From positions 1 to 33,087 of the forward strand of contig JAKAXP010000003.1 of assembly GCA_021816545.1 (NCBI GenBank): a stretch of DNA of 33,087 nucleotides. Reading direction: 5' to 3'. The notes beneath the pieces are model-generated. The model did no database searches, was not told where the DNA came from, and was given only the letters and a program-made list of their open reading frames with translations. Both the position numbers and the translations under genes were made by a program. This document shows, piece by piece, positions 9,277 through 17,756 of the stretch (position 1 is its first letter; every line of letters begins with the position of its first letter). This DNA is from Bacteroidota bacterium. Lineage in GTDB: Bacteria > Bacteroidota > Bacteroidia > Bacteroidales > VadinHA17.

Positions 9277-10257
9277 ATGCGAATAATCAGGGCCGGGGAA
9301 ATAAGGCGGCATTATTCAATGAAGCAGGCAATTGATGCCATGGAGCGGGCATTCGCCTCGCTCTCATCAGACGAATGCCATATTCCTATGCGGGTAGTCA
9401 CAAGGCTCCCCGTCGGTGACCTGCTTATGCTTTATAAACCGGCCTTCGTTGAGAAGGACCGGAAGGTTACGGTTAAATTCATCACACAGCGTGAAAGAAA
9501 CGTAATCCCAGGGATCCCGGCTATCCAGGGCATTGTCATGGTAATGGATTCAGTTACCGGGGAGATTATTTCAATAATGGATGGCGATTACCTGACCGCA
9601 CTCCGGACCGGAGCTGCCAGCGGACTGGCAACCCGCCTTTTTGCCGGTAAAGATGCTCACACAATGGCTCTGTTCGGGTGTGGGGCACAGGGTAAAACCC
9701 AGGTTGAGGCAGTATTATGTGAGCGTCCCGTCAGGAAGATACTGATCTTTGAAAAAAACAGGGACCGAGCATTCCGGTTTATTGAGGAAATGAAGGGAGA
9801 AACATCTGCGGAATTGGTGTATTGTGAAGACACATCTCTCCTGAAAGAAGCCGATATTATCTGTACTGCCACCAACGCCACGGCACCTCTTTTCATGAGA
9901 GAGGATATTAAAAAGGGAGTGCATATAAACGCCATCGGATCCTTCCAGCCACACATGCAGGAACTTGATCCGCTGCTTGTCCGCGATGCAAGGGTTTTTA
10001 CCGACAGTACTGAACCATGCCTGAAGGAGAGCGGAGACCTGATAAAACCGATCCGGGAAGGAATCATCAGTGAAAATCATATTGCCGGTGAGATCGGCCA
10101 CGTTCTGCTTAAGCGAATTGAAGGCAGGAAGTCTGATGATCAGATCACCATTTTCAAGAGCGTGGGTGTGGCCATACAGGATTATATGGTGGCAACTGAT
10201 ATCTACTATCGCTCAGTCGAAAAAGGATTCGGAACTGAAATTAACCTTACGGATTAG
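9277..10257 (+). CDS. Ornithine cyclodeaminase/mu-crystallin superfamily NAD(P)-dependent enzyme, reductase-like
   Basis: LTALRTGAASG, FGCGAQG dinucleotide-binding loop, ADIICTAT, HINAIGS, FKSVGVAIQD. Confidence 0.88.
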   Translation: MRIIRAGEIRRHYSMKQAIDAMERAFASLSSDECHIPMRVVTRLPVGDLLMLYKPAFVEKDRKVTVKFITQRERNVIPGIPAIQGIVMVMDSVTGEIISIMDGDYLTALRTGAASGLATRLFAGKDAHTMALFGCGAQGKTQVEAVLCERPVRKILIFEKNRDRAFRFIEEMKGETSAELVYCEDTSLLKEADIICTATNATAPLFMREDIKKGVHINAIGSFQPHMQELDPLLVRDARVFTDSTEPCLKESGDLIKPIREGIISENHIAGEIGHVLLKRIEGRKSDDQITIFKSVGVAIQDYMVATDIYYRSVEKGFGTEINLTD

Positions 10258-10298
10258 GTGACATTCACTGAATCCTGCCTACCTTTCAAAAATCAGGA

Positions 10299-11882
10299 AT
10301 GAAGAAACTGCCAGGCATATTCAATGACGTGATCGGCCCTGTGATGCGGGGACCTTCCAGTTCGCACACTGCGGCTTCATGGCGGATTGGCAGGATTGCG
10401 CTGGATATACTTAACGAACCGCTGAAGGCTGCACTGATAGAATTTGACCGTGAAGGAGCATGGGCCCCGAACTACCGCGAACAGGGCACCACAATGGGAT
10501 TTGACGGCGGGCTTTCAGGGCTTGATATCACCGATGAAATGATGAAGTCTGCTGAAAGGTATGCACTCCAGAAGGATATTATTATTGAATACCAGGTCAG
10601 CTCTTTCACGGCAGACCATCCCAACACGGTACGACTCACCCTCAGGGGAATCGCGGGAAAAACTGTGCAGATAATTGCTGTCTCATTGGGGGGAGGATCA
10701 TTTGAGATCAGGTCGGTCAACGGGTTTCCTGTCCGTTTAAATGGCGACCTGTTCGGACTGATGATATTCACTGCGGGCAAACCCGATATCAGTGAGGAGC
10801 TGAAGGGGGTGATTCCTTCAGGGATTGATTTTTCTTCACAGCGAAAGGGAGAAGTAATAAGTTATGAGTTCAAATCAGCTTATCCGTTTCCGGCTGAACT
10901 GATAGCCGGGCTTAAAAACCATCAGGGCATAAGTGACATTTCGGTTATAAATCCTATAATGCCGGTTATTGCGGGCAGGCAGACAGAGATGCCTTTTACA
11001 ACCATCCCGTCGCTCCTTGAATTTGCAAGGGATAGGAATGCAGACCTGGGAGAACTTGGTCTGATCTATGAAAAATGCATCAGCGGTTATCCTGAGGAGG
11101 AATTGAACCGCTTGATGAAGGAGATAATCAATATCATACACAACAGTATTAATACCGGTCTGAAGGGTACACATTATGAGGACCGGATTTTACCGCAGCA
11201 GTCTCACCTGATCAGGGAGGCAGAGGATCAAGGCAGAATAAGGGATTCTGTTGTCAACAGGATAATTGAGAATGTTTCGGCGCTGATGGAATCAAAAAGT
11301 GCCATGGAAGTTGTTGTAGCTGCTCCGACTGCAGGCTCATGCGGAACTGTCGGAGGTGCACTGAGAGCCGTCTATGATAACCTGGGCACCTCTGCCGGTA
11401 GATCGGAAAATTCCGCGGATGAGTTGGTTAAGGCATATTTTGCAGCAGGAATCGTTGGGGCCTACTTTGCCCAGGGACCAGGTTTCTCGGCCGAGGAACA
11501 TGGCTGCCAGGTTGAATGCGGGGCTGCCTCCGGAATGGCAGCTGCAGGAATCGTACAATTAATGGGTGGCACAGCAAGACAGGCCCTTGACGCCGCATCA
11601 ATGGCTATTCAAAACATGATCGGACTGATATGTGACCCGGTGGCTGACCGCGTTGAGGTTCCGTGCCTTGGGAAGAATATAAGCGCAGCTGTCAATGCCT
11701 ATGCTTCAGCAATCATGTCAGTCTCGGGATTCAATGCAGTAATTCCTCTTGACCAGGTAATCCAGACCGTATCGGAAGTGGGCAGATCAATGCCTTCGTG
11801 CGTAAAATGCACGGGTAAGGGCGGACTGGCTGCAACTGAAGCTGCACTGAACCTTAAAAACCGGCTGACGCAGAAAATTTAA
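10299..11882 (+). CDS. Fe-S L-serine dehydratase-like protein, beta and alpha subunits fused
   Basis: Beta: DVIGPVMRGPSSSHTA, HPNTV, SLGGG. Alpha: VAAPTAGSCG, GCQVECG, GLICDPV...VEVPC (three 4Fe-4S cysteines), GGLAAT. Confidence 0.85.
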   Translation: MKKLPGIFNDVIGPVMRGPSSSHTAASWRIGRIALDILNEPLKAALIEFDREGAWAPNYREQGTTMGFDGGLSGLDITDEMMKSAERYALQKDIIIEYQVSSFTADHPNTVRLTLRGIAGKTVQIIAVSLGGGSFEIRSVNGFPVRLNGDLFGLMIFTAGKPDISEELKGVIPSGIDFSSQRKGEVISYEFKSAYPFPAELIAGLKNHQGISDISVINPIMPVIAGRQTEMPFTTIPSLLEFARDRNADLGELGLIYEKCISGYPEEELNRLMKEIINIIHNSINTGLKGTHYEDRILPQQSHLIREAEDQGRIRDSVVNRIIENVSALMESKSAMEVVVAAPTAGSCGTVGGALRAVYDNLGTSAGRSENSADELVKAYFAAGIVGAYFAQGPGFSAEEHGCQVECGAASGMAAAGIVQLMGGTARQALDAASMAIQNMIGLICDPVADRVEVPCLGKNISAAVNAYASAIMSVSGFNAVIPLDQVIQTVSEVGRSMPSCVKCTGKGGLAATEAALNLKNRLTQKI

Positions 11883-11910
11883 CATAAGTCAAACCTTAAA
11901 AACATAAACC

Positions 11911-13302
11911 ATGTTTAACAAAAATACCTACCGGGAAAGAAGACGCATTGTGAAGGAAAAAGTCGGTAAAGGATTAATCCTCCTGTTTGGAAATGATGAG
12001 TCGCCAATGAATTACACCGACAATACCTATCATTTCAGGCAGGACAGTACGTTCATCTATTATTTCGGAATACAGCAGCCCGGACTGGCAGCAGTTATTG
12101 ACATTGATAATAATACCGAAGTTGTTTTTGGGGATGAGTATACAGTTGAGGATTATGTCTGGAGGGGACCCCAGCCAACCATTGCCTCACTGGCTGAAAA
12201 ATGCGGGGTGGACAATGTGCGGCCGGCCGCGAGCCTTGCAGCAGTCCTTGACCAGGCTCAGCAAAAGAAGCAGACGATTCATTTTTTGCCGCTATACCGC
12301 CATGAGAATAAAATCAGGCTGTTCGAACTGCTTGGCATATTACCCAGGGAAATTCCCGGAGAATCTTCACTTGACCTTGTAAAGGCAGTTGTCAGCCAGC
12401 GCGAGATCAAGACAGAAGAGGAGATTATTCAGTTGCACCAGGCAGCAAGTGTGTCTGTTGACATGCATGTGGCTGCCATGAAATTTGCAAAACCGGGAAT
12501 GACCGAGGCGGAGGTAACTGCTGAAATCCACAGGGTTGCCATCGCTGCCGGGGGAAATCTTGCATTTCCGATCATCGCAACAATAAACGGACAAACACTC
12601 CACAATCATTACCATGGCAACACCCTTAAGGAGGGCGACCTCTTCCTGGTTGATGCCGGTTATGAAAATGAGATGTGTTATGCCGGCGATCTTTCAAGCA
12701 CCATTCCTGTAAGTAAAAAATTCACCCCGTTACAGAGGGAGATCTACCAGTTGTCTCTTGACGCTCACGAGGCTGCCATAGCTGCTGCACAGCTGAACAA
12801 GCCGTTCAGGAACGTGCACCTGGCAGCAACCAGGACGATTTTTGACGGGCTGAAGACGATGGGACTGACAAAGGGGAACACTGACGATGCCCTTGAGGCT
12901 GGAGCACACGCCCTGTTCTTCCCGTGCGGAACCGGCCATATGATGGGACTGGATGTACATGACATGGAAGACCTGGGAGAAGTGTGGGTCGGTTACGACG
13001 GACAGCCGAAGAGCACTCAGTTCGGTCTGAAGTCACTGCGCCTGGCAAAACCGCTGAAACCCGGTCATGTTTATACAATTGAGCCAGGGATCTATTTTAT
13101 CCCTGAGTTAATGGATCTGTGGAAAAGTCAGAACAGATTCAACGAGTTCATCAACTGGGATGAGGTTTACAAGTTCCGTAATTTCGGCGGAGTAAGGAAT
13201 GAAGAGGATTTTGTGATGACTGAAAATGGAGCGTTATTGCTTGGCAAACCAAAGCCCAAAACAATTGATGAGATTGAAGCAATCCGCGGTGATGCTCTTT
13301 AG
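11911..13302 (+). CDS. Xaa-Pro aminopeptidase (aminopeptidase P, M24B)
   Basis: YHFRQDSTFIY N-domain; LHNH, DAG...YAGDLS, GHMMGLDVHD, TIEPGIYF, GVRNEED metal-binding motifs. Confidence 0.93.
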   Translation: MFNKNTYRERRRIVKEKVGKGLILLFGNDESPMNYTDNTYHFRQDSTFIYYFGIQQPGLAAVIDIDNNTEVVFGDEYTVEDYVWRGPQPTIASLAEKCGVDNVRPAASLAAVLDQAQQKKQTIHFLPLYRHENKIRLFELLGILPREIPGESSLDLVKAVVSQREIKTEEEIIQLHQAASVSVDMHVAAMKFAKPGMTEAEVTAEIHRVAIAAGGNLAFPIIATINGQTLHNHYHGNTLKEGDLFLVDAGYENEMCYAGDLSSTIPVSKKFTPLQREIYQLSLDAHEAAIAAAQLNKPFRNVHLAATRTIFDGLKTMGLTKGNTDDALEAGAHALFFPCGTGHMMGLDVHDMEDLGEVWVGYDGQPKSTQFGLKSLRLAKPLKPGHVYTIEPGIYFIPELMDLWKSQNRFNEFINWDEVYKFRNFGGVRNEEDFVMTENGALLLGKPKPKTIDEIEAIRGDAL

Positions 13303-14735
13303 CTGATTTCCCTGCACAACTCCCGGGGAGAAGTGCCTGGTTTGAAGGATTCCATCAGGTCACTCAGCCGTGCTCTTATCAGATCGGTACCGGTGTTTCC
13401 AATGCTCCCGGTATGAGTATATTCTGCCCGGGAGGGGATGGAGAATGCACCCGATCCTGCCTTTTTTGCAACCTCGCGATAGGCGGTCCTGAAGGGTACC
13501 CCTTCACGCACCATGCGGTTTGCCTCCTCTACCGAGAAGATATCATTGTACCGGGGATCAACTAAAATATCCTTCCTCACCACCAATCCTTCAAGCGCGG
13601 CATGTATCACGTGCACCAGTCCGGTTATGCTTTCAAATGCATCAAACAACACTGCCTTCAGCTCCTGGAAATCGCGGTTATAGCCCGGAGGCAGTCCTGC
13701 AGTCATCAGCGCCACCTCGCCGGGAACGGCCTGTAACCTGTTGCAGCGGGCCCTGACAAGCTCAAACAGGTCGGGGTTTTTTTTCTGCGGCATGATTGAT
13801 GAACCGGTGGTAAGATCATCCTTCAATGACACAAAGCCGTAACCTGGTGACAAAAACAATATCACATCTGATGCAAATCTCCCGAGGGTGTTTGCAACAG
13901 ATGCGATGGCGCCTGTTACCTGTCGTTCGGTACAGCCGCGGCTCATCTGGGCATAGGGTGAAGTGACTATCAGCCTGTTAAACCTCAGCAGTCTGGCTGT
14001 GAGCTCCCTGTCAACCGGCAGCGAGGTGCCGTAGCCTGCGGCCGTACCAAGGGGTGAGGCATCGGCAAGCGCGGCCGCACCGGCCAGCACATGAAGGTCA
14101 TCGCAGAGGCTCTCGGCATATGACGCAAACCATAGTCCGAAGGATGTCACCATGGCTGCCTGCATATGCGTGAATCCGGGCATCAGGTCATCACAGTGCT
14201 TCTCACTCAGATCCAGGAAGGAATCTGCAATTGACTTCAGATCACGTGCAAGCAGGAACGACGAGTGCCTGATGTACAGGTGAAGGTCCGTAAGTACCTG
14301 GTCGTTCCTGGAGCGACCGGTATGCAGCTTTCCTGCTGCTGCCACAGCTATCTGGCTACCCGGGTGACCGTCAGGTTTTGTACCACCGGGTTCTTTGCCT
14401 GTTTCACCCCCCGGGTGGCCCGCAACCGGAGAGTTTCCTGCTGCCTCCGCTGCTATCTCAACGAGGCGGATCTCAACCCATGAATGGATATCCTCATACT
14501 CCTTCCCGACAGAGAACCCCTCCTGTTCCACCTCATCAAGGAGCCGGGTCAGGCCGGCGAGAAGACTCTCCTTCTCACCGGCCGTTATCAGCCCGCACTG
14601 CTCAAGCATGACTGCATGAGCAATTGACCCCACTATGTCATACGGAGCGAGTTTCGCATCATAAGGCCTGTCACTGTCACAGGTGAAGCTTATCAGCGAC
14701 TCCCTCGTCCTGCCTCCCTTATCCCACAAGTGCAT
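13299..14735 (-). CDS. argH: Argininosuccinate lyase, with a 35-aa insertion
   Basis: [58 protein letters not shown]; follows argG. Confidence 0.95.
   Translation of the reverse strand: MHLWDKGGRTRESLISFTCDSDRPYDAKLAPYDIVGSIAHAVMLEQCGLITAGEKESLLAGLTRLLDEVEQEGFSVGKEYEDIHSWVEIRLVEIAAEAAGNSPVAGHPGGETGKEPGGTKPDGHPGSQIAVAAAGKLHTGRSRNDQVLTDLHLYIRHSSFLLARDLKSIADSFLDLSEKHCDDLMPGFTHMQAAMVTSFGLWFASYAESLCDDLHVLAGAAALADASPLGTAAGYGTSLPVDRELTARLLRFNRLIVTSPYAQMSRGCTERQVTGAIASVANTLGRFASDVILFLSPGYGFVSLKDDLTTGSSIMPQKKNPDLFELVRARCNRLQAVPGEVALMTAGLPPGYNRDFQELKAVLFDAFESITGLVHVIHAALEGLVVRKDILVDPRYNDIFSVEEANRMVREGVPFRTAYREVAKKAGSGAFSIPSRAEYTHTGSIGNTGTDLIRARLSDLMESFKPGTSPRELCREIS
14329..14444. repeat. 11-bp direct repeat (TTTCCTGCTGC at 14329-14339 and 14434-14444) bracketing the argH insertion, with an internal inverted repeat
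   Basis: Copies are 105 bp apart; GGCTACCCGGG (14354-14364) can pair with CCCGGGTGGCC (14410-14420). Confidence 0.8.
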
Positions 14736-15972
14736 CTTCCGTCACTTTCTTTTTGTTTGCCTCCATGATAGCATGGTGAGCCATCAGACGGATGGCGTTG
14801 ATACGGATGAAACCGAGGCTGTCAGCCTGGTTGAAACCTCCCTCGATGTCCATGCTTGACAACTCCTTATTATATAATGAAGAGGGTGACTCGCGACCTT
14901 CGATGATGATGTTTCCCTTGTAAAGGATCATGTGCACCACCCCGTCAATCACCTCCTGGCTCTTGTCCATTGACGCCTTCAGGAACTCCATCTCTGGTGA
15001 GAACCAGAAGCCGTTGTACACCAACTCAGCAAATACCGGGGCAAGCATGTTGCGCAGACGCATAACCTCACGGTCCATTGCAATACCTTCAATGTCCTTG
15101 TGTGCGGCATAGAGGATGGTTGCCCCGGGAGTCTCATATATTCCCCTTGATTTGATCCCCACGAACCTGTTCTCAACCATGTCAAGCAGGCCGATGCCAT
15201 TGTCACCGCCAAGCTTGTTCAGGTAGGTGAAGAGCTCCAGCGGATCACTGTAGCTTTTACCGTCATCCTTGTTGGTCACATTGACCGGTATCCCGTCTTT
15301 GAAAGTGATTGAAATATGCGTCTCCTTATCCGGTGCATCCATCGGCATCACCATCTTCTGGAGGATTTCCCTCCCTGCGAAGTACAGCGGATCCTCAAGG
15401 ATGCCCGCCTCGTGACTGATATGCATCAGGTTGTCATCCTCACTGTAGGGTTTTGAAATCGAAGCCTTGACCGGGATGCGATGGCCGGCAGCATACCTGA
15501 TCATATCCGACCTGCCCTGGAACTGTGAGAGAAACTCGGCATCCTTCCAGGGAGAGATCACCTTGATATCAGGCTTAAGGGCATAATAGGCAAGCTCGAA
15601 CCGCACCTGGTCATTACCTTTTCCCGTTGCACCATGGGCGACGTAATCTGCCTCATATTCTATGGCAGCCTCAATCTGTTTCTTCGCGATAAGCGGACGT
15701 GCAAGCGCTGTACCCAGGAGATAACGGTCCTCATAAACTGCGTTTGCCTTTACAGCCTGGAAGATATAATCTGTGACGAATTCCCTTTTCAGGTCTTCAA
15801 TTATGACTGACGAGGCTCCAATTGCCAGTGCCTTTTCGCGAACCGCTTCAAAATCGTCATTCTGCCCCACGTCAGCCACATAGGCTATGACTTCGTATCC
15901 TTTGTTGATGAGCCATTTGAGAATCACAGAGGTATCAAGACCTCCGGAATAAGCAAGCATTACTTTTTTCAT
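14719..15972 (-). CDS. argG: Argininosuccinate synthase
   Basis: [54 protein letters not shown]. Confidence 0.97.
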   Translation of the reverse strand: MKKVMLAYSGGLDTSVILKWLINKGYEVIAYVADVGQNDDFEAVREKALAIGASSVIIEDLKREFVTDYIFQAVKANAVYEDRYLLGTALARPLIAKKQIEAAIEYEADYVAHGATGKGNDQVRFELAYYALKPDIKVISPWKDAEFLSQFQGRSDMIRYAAGHRIPVKASISKPYSEDDNLMHISHEAGILEDPLYFAGREILQKMVMPMDAPDKETHISITFKDGIPVNVTNKDDGKSYSDPLELFTYLNKLGGDNGIGLLDMVENRFVGIKSRGIYETPGATILYAAHKDIEGIAMDREVMRLRNMLAPVFAELVYNGFWFSPEMEFLKASMDKSQEVIDGVVHMILYKGNIIIEGRESPSSLYNKELSSMDIEGGFNQADSLGFIRINAIRLMAHHAIMEANKKKVTEDALVG

Positions 15973-15993
15973 TATGTTATTCTGTTATTTGAT

Positions 15994-16446
15994 TTATGAC
16001 TGGAAAATTGTGCTGAGGCACTCTTCAACTGCCTCATTGCTGATGTTGTCACGGGGAATCAGCAGGATTGTGTCATCACCGGCAACTGTACCGGCTATTT
16101 CGTAACGGCCTGCACGGTCAATCCTGATAGCGACTGCCGGAGCGAAGCCCGGAAGGGTCTTTATGAGCAGCAATCCTCTTGCCCATGTTATGCCGGTGAT
16201 TGCTGCAGTGTCACTACCGGGCAGGGAATCAGCCGCCTCCTCCCTTCCTGAAGGGAGAAAATAGCGGTACCCTCCGCTGCCGTCGAATCCCCTGCTGATG
16301 CCAATCTGCCTTAAATCGCGGGAGAGTGTCGCCTGCGTACACTTCATCCCTGTGCCCTCCATCATCCTGAGCAGCTCCTCCTGTGATCCTATCACATTCT
16401 CCCTGACAAGCTTCTCTATAAGTGCCAGCCGTGTTGCCCTGTTCAT
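15994..16446 (-). CDS. argR: Arginine repressor
   Basis: SQEEL...TQATLSRDL winged helix, IKTLPGFA, GTVAGDDTIL arginine-binding motif. Confidence 0.95.
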   Translation of the reverse strand: MNRATRLALIEKLVRENVIGSQEELLRMMEGTGMKCTQATLSRDLRQIGISRGFDGSGGYRYFLPSGREEAADSLPGSDTAAITGITWARGLLLIKTLPGFAPAVAIRIDRAGRYEIAGTVAGDDTILLIPRDNISNEAVEECLSTIFQS

Positions 16447-16485
16447 AATGTATTTTTATTCATTTAGAGTGCAAATTTATACATT
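16447..16485 (-). promoter_or_regulatory. Tandem 18-bp ARG boxes with a 3-bp spacer, overlapping the argR promoter
   Basis: Minus strand AATGTATAAATTTGCACT-CTA-AATGAATAAAAATACATT directly followed by the argR ATG; fits the ArgR consensus and 18+3+18 spacing; the upstream box contains TAAATTTG (TAnnTTTG). Confidence 0.85.
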
Positions 16486-16522
16486 ATTTGCAATCTTTAT
16501 CCAGGGCCGGGAATTTTTATGC

Positions 16523-16560
16523 AAAAAAAAGGCGCTCACGAATTCTGTGAGACGCCCTTT
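16523..16560 (-). terminator. Intrinsic terminator after the PEGA-like genes
   Basis: Minus strand GGCG-T-CTCAC agaattc GTGAG-CGCC followed by T8. Confidence 0.8.
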
Positions 16561-16587
16561 GTTGAAATTGAGGAGTCAGGCAGGTGC

Positions 16588-17736
16588 CTATTTCACGTCA
16601 TAGCTTTCTGGCAATCCCAATTGTTCCTTCAGCTTCCGGTTGTACTCCTGTGCGTCCTTTGCAGCATCATCCACACGGTAGTAGTGCCCCGGATATTTTT
16701 TATCAGAGCCCATAACAAGAGCATAACCGATTGTACATGAAACAATTCCGGCGGTTGCCCCCACTACTTCCCAGGTGGGTGCTGTCGTCCCGTCAGGATG
16801 CAGGAATGGTTTGTCTACCAGTATGTCAACCAGAATGGGGCCACCAATAAGCAGTCCTCCGAGGAACATTCCGAGGCCCACATTCAGTGATCTGTTTACC
16901 GACTTGTTTATGCGGGCATATGTATTGATTATGTTCTGATTCCCCACGAGGTTGGCCAGCCCCAGATCACCAATCTCCTTCACACCGCCCTGGATGATCT
17001 TGAAATCGGAAATCTGTGAAGTATTTGTCACTGAGGATGAATAGCCGTAATACCCGTAAAATCCCGGGAACAGGGTGCTGGCGCCCTGTGTTGTGCTGAC
17101 TGAATTGGATGTGAAGATCACATCAATCTTCTTTGACTGGTATTCCTCGCGCTCTTTTGATTTGCTCTCCATTATCTTTTCAGCCACCTGTCCGTCATTC
17201 TTGATGAGTATTGTTGTAGCCTGACCCGGGTTGATTGTGACAAGTTCCCCGAAGATCCCGACACCGTCCTTGATAACCTTCAGGTAATGGTTGCCGGCAG
17301 GGATGCCATTGACTGTCTTTACATCCTCTCCCTGTTTGATATCATCAATATAAACAGTGGTTCCCGTAAATTCTGAAAAGATATTCAGTGTACCGGTTCC
17401 GCCTGTTGGCGGCTGAGCAGCCTGTGTTGCGGGCTGATTTCCTGTAGTCGCCGCCGGTTGGGCTGAGGTGCCTGAGGTGCCAACAAGAACCGTTGTGACC
17501 TCCCCGGCCGTGATGGAAACAATATTGCTGTAGACCTTTGCTCCGTCCTTGTCAAGGGCCTTTACATAATGTGTTCCCGCGGCAAGAGTGATCGCATTGT
17601 AGGTTGGATACTGAGTCTCATCGACATAAACCACAATTGGTTGTTCCGAAAAGACCTTGAGGGTTCCCGTGTTCTGGGCGAATGCGGCTGAAATGCCGAA
17701 AAGCAGAAGAACTAAAGTTAATGCGTGAGTTTTCAT
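16588..17736 (-). CDS. Exported protein with two PEGA-like domains and a C-terminal glycine-rich hydrophobic hairpin
   Basis: Signal peptide ...SAAFA-Q; repeats TGTLKVFSE...VYVD...GTHYVK and TGTLNIFSE...VYID...GNHYLK; helices LNVGLGMFLGGLLIGG and VVGATAGIVSCTIGYALV. Confidence 0.65.
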   Translation of the reverse strand: MKTHALTLVLLLFGISAAFAQNTGTLKVFSEQPIVVYVDETQYPTYNAITLAAGTHYVKALDKDGAKVYSNIVSITAGEVTTVLVGTSGTSAQPAATTGNQPATQAAQPPTGGTGTLNIFSEFTGTTVYIDDIKQGEDVKTVNGIPAGNHYLKVIKDGVGIFGELVTINPGQATTILIKNDGQVAEKIMESKSKEREEYQSKKIDVIFTSNSVSTTQGASTLFPGFYGYYGYSSSVTNTSQISDFKIIQGGVKEIGDLGLANLVGNQNIINTYARINKSVNRSLNVGLGMFLGGLLIGGPILVDILVDKPFLHPDGTTAPTWEVVGATAGIVSCTIGYALVMGSDKKYPGHYYRVDDAAKDAQEYNRKLKEQLGLPESYDVK

Positions 17737-17756
17737 ATGTCAGTTTTTGTATGAAG

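Noticed and set aside
11385-11414. Short extra loop (GTSAGRSEN) in the dehydratase alpha domain, with near-palindrome TCTGCCGGTAGA
   Set aside because: Too short, with no flanking duplication; not distinguishable from ordinary loop variation.
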